From positions 1 through 46,934 of the forward strand of contig JBQCEJ010000013.1 in the NCBI GenBank assembly GCA_051960355.1: a stretch of DNA of 46,934 bases. Direction: 5' to 3'. The DNA comes from Verrucomicrobiota bacterium (lineage in GTDB: Bacteria; Verrucomicrobiota; Verrucomicrobiia; Limisphaerales; DASXHY01). Of the stretch, positions 43,053-46,934 are shown one piece after another. Position numbers and translations under genes: made by a program. Under the pieces are notes generated by a model. That model worked only from the letters and a program-made list of their open reading frames with translations, was not told the DNA's origin and did no database searches. Numbering within the stretch: position 1 is the first letter of the stretch; each line of letters starts with the position of its first letter.

Positions 43053-44834
43053 ATGAGCTTTCTGAAACATGAGAGTGGTTGCGGTTTTCTGAGGGCAATG
43101 TTGAGTCTTGGAGCAGTTGCCGCTGCGTCGCTCCTGGCTGTGCCAGCGGCCATGGCCCAGAGCCACCGGGATTCCCCGCCAGATTATTCCTCCAATTCCA
43201 AGGACCAAAACCCAGAGTTGACGTTGCGTTCGGTCAAAGTCAACGACCGGGAATTGCAGGGCGTTTCCATGGCGGGGGTGGACCTGCCGGCGCACCCTGG
43301 AGTTACCAGCATCTCCTTTGGCCCCAACCGGGGCGTTTCGAATGGGCCGATCCGGTTTCGCTGCCAGCTCGACGGTTACGAGTCGGTCTGGCATGAACGT
43401 TCGGTGGTAATGCGGCTGTTGATCCGGTTCATTGATGCCAACGAGCGGGACATCGCCGAGCAGATTTTTACCGTAAGCGGGGAAAGCCCGGGGTGGACAG
43501 GCAATTTCAACGATTCTCCCTGGGTTCATCGGAAAGAACTCATCACGGTCCCTCCGAATGCCGTGCGATTCTGGGTGGTGATTTCCTCGGCAGGACCGCC
43601 TGAAGCGGTGGGGGTTTTTGCCGTGCGGAACCTGAGGGTGTGGCCGTCTCGGAGCGAGACTAACGGGATTTTGATGATTCCCCCGGTGGAGCGCGAGGCC
43701 AGCAAAGCGGCGATTGAAGCAACTGAAGTATCGCCCGTGGGGTGGGGGCGGGCGGGTATCCGGCCGGACGATGCCCGTCTCGTGCGCTGCGGCCCGGGTT
43801 CGGAGGTGGCGCTGGCCATTTTCGATGATCATCCGCTGGGTCATGCGGACTGGGGTACGGCGAAGGCACGAGGGCCCAAACTCACGCCGGGAGAAACGCT
43901 GACGTTAAAATGGGAGGAGGTCTACAGCATTGGTCCGGCGGATTATGGCGTGGCGCTTTACACCAATCTTCCGGCAGGACTCTACCGATTTCGGATGGAA
44001 GCTTTGGACCTCATGGGGATTCCGAGCGGGCGCAATATTTCCTTCCCGGTGACGGTGCCGGTCGCGTTTTGGAGAACGGTTTGGTTTTGGGTGACTGCCG
44101 GGGTGGCATTGGTTGGGCTGGCGGTTGGCAGGTTGCGGCTGGTCGAGGCGCAGAAGATGAAGCGTCAGGTCCAGAATCTCGAGCGGCAGCGGGTGCTGGA
44201 GCAGGAACGTTTTCGAATTGCGCAGGACATCCACGATGATTTGGGCGCGCGGGTGGCGCAGATTTCCCTGTTGAGTTCTGCGGCGGAGGAGAAGGAATCG
44301 TTGTCCGTCGCCGAGGCGAGGGTGGAACTGGGCATGGTTTCACGGATGAGCCAGGAACTGGTGGCGGCGTTGTATGAAACGGTTTGGGCGGTCAGCCCTG
44401 AAAACGACCATCTGGATTCGCTGATCAGTTATGTCTGCCAAGTAGCGGATCAGATGTGTGCCGCGGCCCATTTGAAATGCCGCTTTGAGATGCCGGACAT
44501 GGCGCCGGCCACTTTTCTGCCCAGCAATATCCGGCACAACCTGATCATGACCATCAAGGAAGCCATTCACAATGTGATCAAGCATGCGCATGCCTCGGAG
44601 ATTCAGATCCGCATTCAGCTCGCGAGTGGAGTGTTGCGCGTTCAAGTGAGCGACAACGGCTGCGGCTTCGATGTCGGGTCCATCGTTCGCGGCAACGGTC
44701 TGGACAATATGGAGCGCCGGTTGCGTTCGATGGGCGGACGCTGTTCAGTGGAGAGCCAGCCCGGGGCGGAAACTCGGGTGAAAATCGAGCTGCCCTTGCC
44801 GGGTTTAACTTCAATTCCTCCCCAACCCAACTAA
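43053..44834 (+). CDS. Sensor histidine kinase (HisKA_3 + HATPase_c) with an extracytoplasmic Y_Y_Y-like sensor region
   Basis: Signal/TM segment, then a ~330-aa outer domain ending YTNLPAGLYRFRMEALD...PVAFWRTVWFWV (Y_Y_Y-like, followed by a TM helix). H-box RFRIAQDIHDDLGARV. ATPase motifs VSDNGCGF and GNGLDNMERR. Confidence 0.88.
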   Translation: MSFLKHESGCGFLRAMLSLGAVAAASLLAVPAAMAQSHRDSPPDYSSNSKDQNPELTLRSVKVNDRELQGVSMAGVDLPAHPGVTSISFGPNRGVSNGPIRFRCQLDGYESVWHERSVVMRLLIRFIDANERDIAEQIFTVSGESPGWTGNFNDSPWVHRKELITVPPNAVRFWVVISSAGPPEAVGVFAVRNLRVWPSRSETNGILMIPPVEREASKAAIEATEVSPVGWGRAGIRPDDARLVRCGPGSEVALAIFDDHPLGHADWGTAKARGPKLTPGETLTLKWEEVYSIGPADYGVALYTNLPAGLYRFRMEALDLMGIPSGRNISFPVTVPVAFWRTVWFWVTAGVALVGLAVGRLRLVEAQKMKRQVQNLERQRVLEQERFRIAQDIHDDLGARVAQISLLSSAAEEKESLSVAEARVELGMVSRMSQELVAALYETVWAVSPENDHLDSLISYVCQVADQMCAAAHLKCRFEMPDMAPATFLPSNIRHNLIMTIKEAIHNVIKHAHASEIQIRIQLASGVLRVQVSDNGCGFDVGSIVRGNGLDNMERRLRSMGGRCSVESQPGAETRVKIELPLPGLTSIPPQPN

Positions 44835-44836
44835 CT

Positions 44837-45490
44837 ATGTCGCTACAGAAAAATAATCCCAAGCTCCGTCGCGTGGCCGTGGTTGAGGACGACAGCGGGT
44901 TGCGAAACCAATTGGAGCGCATCCTTGATTCCGCCCCCGGAGTTTGCTGTGTGGGCACCTTCAGTTCTGCGGAGAAAGCGTTGGAGGGAATGGCCGCCGC
45001 CCAGCCCGATGTCATCTTGATGGATATCAATCTGCCCGGAATGTCAGGCATCGAGTGTGTCGCGCGACTCCGGAAAGAACTGTCGGTGGCCCATGTCATC
45101 ATGCTGACCATCTATGAGGACAGTGAGCGCATTTTTCAGGCGCTCCAGGCGGGTGCGGATGGTTATCTGGTCAAGGCCAGCCCGACCAAGACGTTGCTCC
45201 AGGCAATTGAGGACGTTTATATGGGTGGCTCTCCCATGTCCAGCCACATTGCCCGCAAGGTGGTCCGGCAATTTCGGCAGCCTGATTTTTCGCACGACGA
45301 AACCAAGAGTCTGTCGCCGCGGGAACGGGAGACGCTGGAGTTGCTCGCCGCCGGCTATGTGTACAAAGAAATTGCCGACAAGATGGGCATTGGCAGCGAG
45401 ACCGTGCGCACGTACATCAAAGGGGTTTGCAAGAAACTACATGTGCGCAACCGGATTGAAGCGGTCGCCCGTTATTCTGCCTTGAAATAG
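44837..45490 (+). CDS. Response regulator, NarL/LuxR family (REC + LuxR-type HTH)
   Basis: VAVVEDD, DVILMDINLPGMSG, LVKAS, then LSPRERETLELLAAGYVYKEIADKMGIGSETVRTYIKGVCKKLHV. Confidence 0.92.
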   Translation: MSLQKNNPKLRRVAVVEDDSGLRNQLERILDSAPGVCCVGTFSSAEKALEGMAAAQPDVILMDINLPGMSGIECVARLRKELSVAHVIMLTIYEDSERIFQALQAGADGYLVKASPTKTLLQAIEDVYMGGSPMSSHIARKVVRQFRQPDFSHDETKSLSPRERETLELLAAGYVYKEIADKMGIGSETVRTYIKGVCKKLHVRNRIEAVARYSALK

Positions 45491-45509
45491 GTGAGGCTCG
45501 AGTAACCAG

Positions 45510-45535
45510 CGTGCTCCAGGAGCGCGATTTTTCTT
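45510..45535 (+). terminator. Putative rho-independent terminator after the response regulator
   Basis: The stem CGTGCTC / GAGCGCG (7 bp including one G-U pair, 3-nt loop) is followed by ATTTTTCTT. Confidence 0.45.
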
Positions 45536-45616
45536 CGTTCCCCGGGCCGCGGGGTTCGTGGTGATGTTCCATTCCCCGGCGTTTGCTTTTGGTCTTATTG
45601 ACGTTCGGGAACAGGC

Positions 45617-45632
45617 TCCCCGTATTCGGGGA
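45617..45632 (+). promoter_or_regulatory. Palindromic site C (TCCCCgtattcGGGGA) within GGCTCCCCGTATTCGGGGAATAGGC (45614-45638)
   Basis: Exact palindrome 158 nt upstream of the ATG at 45791, the same distance as site A. It is preceded by TTATTGA (45595-45601). Confidence 0.4.
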
Positions 45633-45790
45633 ATAGGCGAGGTTTCCACGTTTTGCTTTGATATCGGTGGGTCCGATAAATTCAATTTCGCCCCGGAGTT
45701 GGGTGAATTGGAAAGGATGTGGTGGCAACCGCCTCTTGGACAAGGTTCGCGGTGCGAGCTTTGGTCCCAGGGCATAACAACTGAACCAAA

Positions 45791-46934
45791 ATGAAAAGAC
45801 CAACCTCAAAAAAGATCCTCGTGTGTGCCCTGCTGGGCTGCATGGTCGCTGGCCAGGCGATGGCGGCTACTATTCGCTACAAGTCAAGTGGTGACTATTT
45901 TGATACCACCAACGACACGGCTAACGCCAGAGGTTGGCAGAACACCACTGTCCCCGGCTGGGAAGATGTTGCCCGATTGAACTGGGGCGGCACCATTGGC
46001 AATGTCGTCACTTTGAACAGCGAGGCTCCCGAGGTGCTTCAATTCCAATTTGGCGTGGGTGAGTCCGGCCATTTGGTCATCAACAGCGGTGGCAAATTCA
46101 CCTCCACCGGCGCCATCAGCGGCAGCACGGTGGGCAACAACGGCGGCAGCACCATTTTCGGACGAATCACCGTGAACGCGGGGGGGGAGTTGCACGCGAT
46201 GACCGCCGCGATGCAGGTCGGCGTTGGTGCCACGGGAATGATCACCAACAACGGCGGCACGGTGAACGTTGACAGCCATCTTTGGGTTGGCAGCGGAAAC
46301 AGCAACAGCAATCCCGGAATCAACGGCACCATCGTCATAAAAAATGGCGGCGTGTTCAACGTGGGAGGCATGATCGGTTTGGGCACAGTCAATTCAACCG
46401 GTCCATCCGGCAACAAGGGTTTCGTGTATGTCCAAACCAATGGTGTTCTGAATCTGCACAACATTCAGGCGGCGGCCTCCACTAATCTGGACGGATCGGT
46501 TAACACGAATTATTTGGGATCCATTCAGCCCGGCTCGGTCCTGAATATCGCTGATAACGGCCTGGTCACCCTTCCTGGGAATTTCATCAATGTAATTAGC
46601 AACTATGTTACTGCCGGCAGAATCACCAGTTATGGGGGATTGGGAGCCGTGGAGATAAAAACGGTGGTAGATGCATTTGACGTAACCAATACATGGATCA
46701 CCGCGGTGGCACCTTTTTTGCCGACGGAAACCGTTTGGAATCCGGCAGGCAATCCATCCGGTACTGGCAAGTGGAATGAGGCTACCAACTGGACCAGCTC
46801 CGTGGTTCCGGCGGACGTGACCAAGGTGATCTTCAATGTGGAAGGAGCGAGTCCTTGCACTGTGACCAATGCGGCGGTGGCGAAGTACGTGACCATGGGC
46901 GATTCCGGTCCCGGCGGCATCCTGATCATTACCA
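45791..46934 (+). CDS. Secreted Gly/Asn/Thr-rich beta-helix-like protein, 5' part only (runs off the right edge)
   Basis: Found by manual translation; it is not in the ORF track because it has no stop. Sequence reads MKRPTSKKILVCALLGCMVAGQAMAATIRY... and stays open to the window end, as I checked by translating every codon from 45791 to 46934 by hand. An in-frame TGA at 45782-45784 bounds the start. The minus-strand ORFs here are shadows. Confidence 0.75.
   Translation, partial: MKRPTSKKILVCALLGCMVAGQAMAATIRYKSSGDYFDTTNDTANARGWQNTTVPGWEDVARLNWGGTIGNVVTLNSEAPEVLQFQFGVGESGHLVINSGGKFTSTGAISGSTVGNNGGSTIFGRITVNAGGELHAMTAAMQVGVGATGMITNNGGTVNVDSHLWVGSGNSNSNPGINGTIVIKNGGVFNVGGMIGLGTVNSTGPSGNKGFVYVQTNGVLNLHNIQAAASTNLDGSVNTNYLGSIQPGSVLNIADNGLVTLPGNFINVISNYVTAGRITSYGGLGAVEIKTVVDAFDVTNTWITAVAPFLPTETVWNPAGNPSGTGKWNEATNWTSSVVPADVTKVIFNVEGASPCTVTNAAVAKYVTMGDSGPGGILIIT

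Noticed and set aside
45539-45555. TCCCCgggccgcGGGGt palindrome about 60 nt upstream of site C
   Set aside because: The spacer is 7 nt rather than 6, the terminal base is off, and the element directly follows the terminator T-run. It was not counted as a motif copy, although it could be a degenerate relative.
1-46934. CRISPR arrays, rRNA genes, tmRNA/RNase P/SRP RNA signatures
   Set aside because: I saw no regularly spaced direct repeats and none of the conserved RNA signature strings I can recall (for example GAGGAAAGTCC for RNase P). This was checked by eye only.

Overview
GC-rich bacterial chromosomal DNA. The gene content suggests the PVC superphylum, most likely Verrucomicrobiota: many Cys-type sulfatases, a PATR 'autotransporter-associated beta-strand repeat' giant protein, and a prepilin-like H-X9-DG protein. 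All calls come from reading the ORF translations and the nucleotide sequence by eye; no searches were run.

Layout:
- 1-9.9 kb is mostly housekeeping. It holds an NHEJ locus (Ku 5' end at the left edge, DUF2254 membrane protein, stand-alone LigD polymerase domain), DUF554, a class V aminotransferase, an MnmC-like methyltransferase, Dus, YraN and RNase HII.
- 10.2-16.3 kb holds a MetA-pathway-like outer-membrane channel plus a tandem-repeat lipoprotein, two convergent sulfatases and tRNA-Val(CAC).
- 16.9-46.9 kb is an entirely plus-strand sulfated/phosphorylated-glycan degradation island. It contains an EEP phosphoesterase, GH92, a PATR protein split by an intact IS5-family element, a CBM/discoidin multidomain protein, the prepilin-like protein, TIM-barrel isomerase-like proteins, three more sulfatases, a frameshifted SASA-esterase::PhoD fusion, an alpha/beta hydrolase, a metallophosphoesterase, a HisKA_3 kinase with a LuxR-type response regulator, and a 3'-truncated secreted beta-helix-like gene.

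The most interesting unexplained signal is a 16-bp palindrome, TCCCC-N6-GGGGA. It occurs five times, always intergenic and always at the head of a plus-strand transcription unit of the island. Two copies sit in colinear ~200-nt promoter/leader regions 25 kb apart. This looks like an undescribed operator or leader-RNA element for the island. No CRISPR array, rRNA or prophage was seen.
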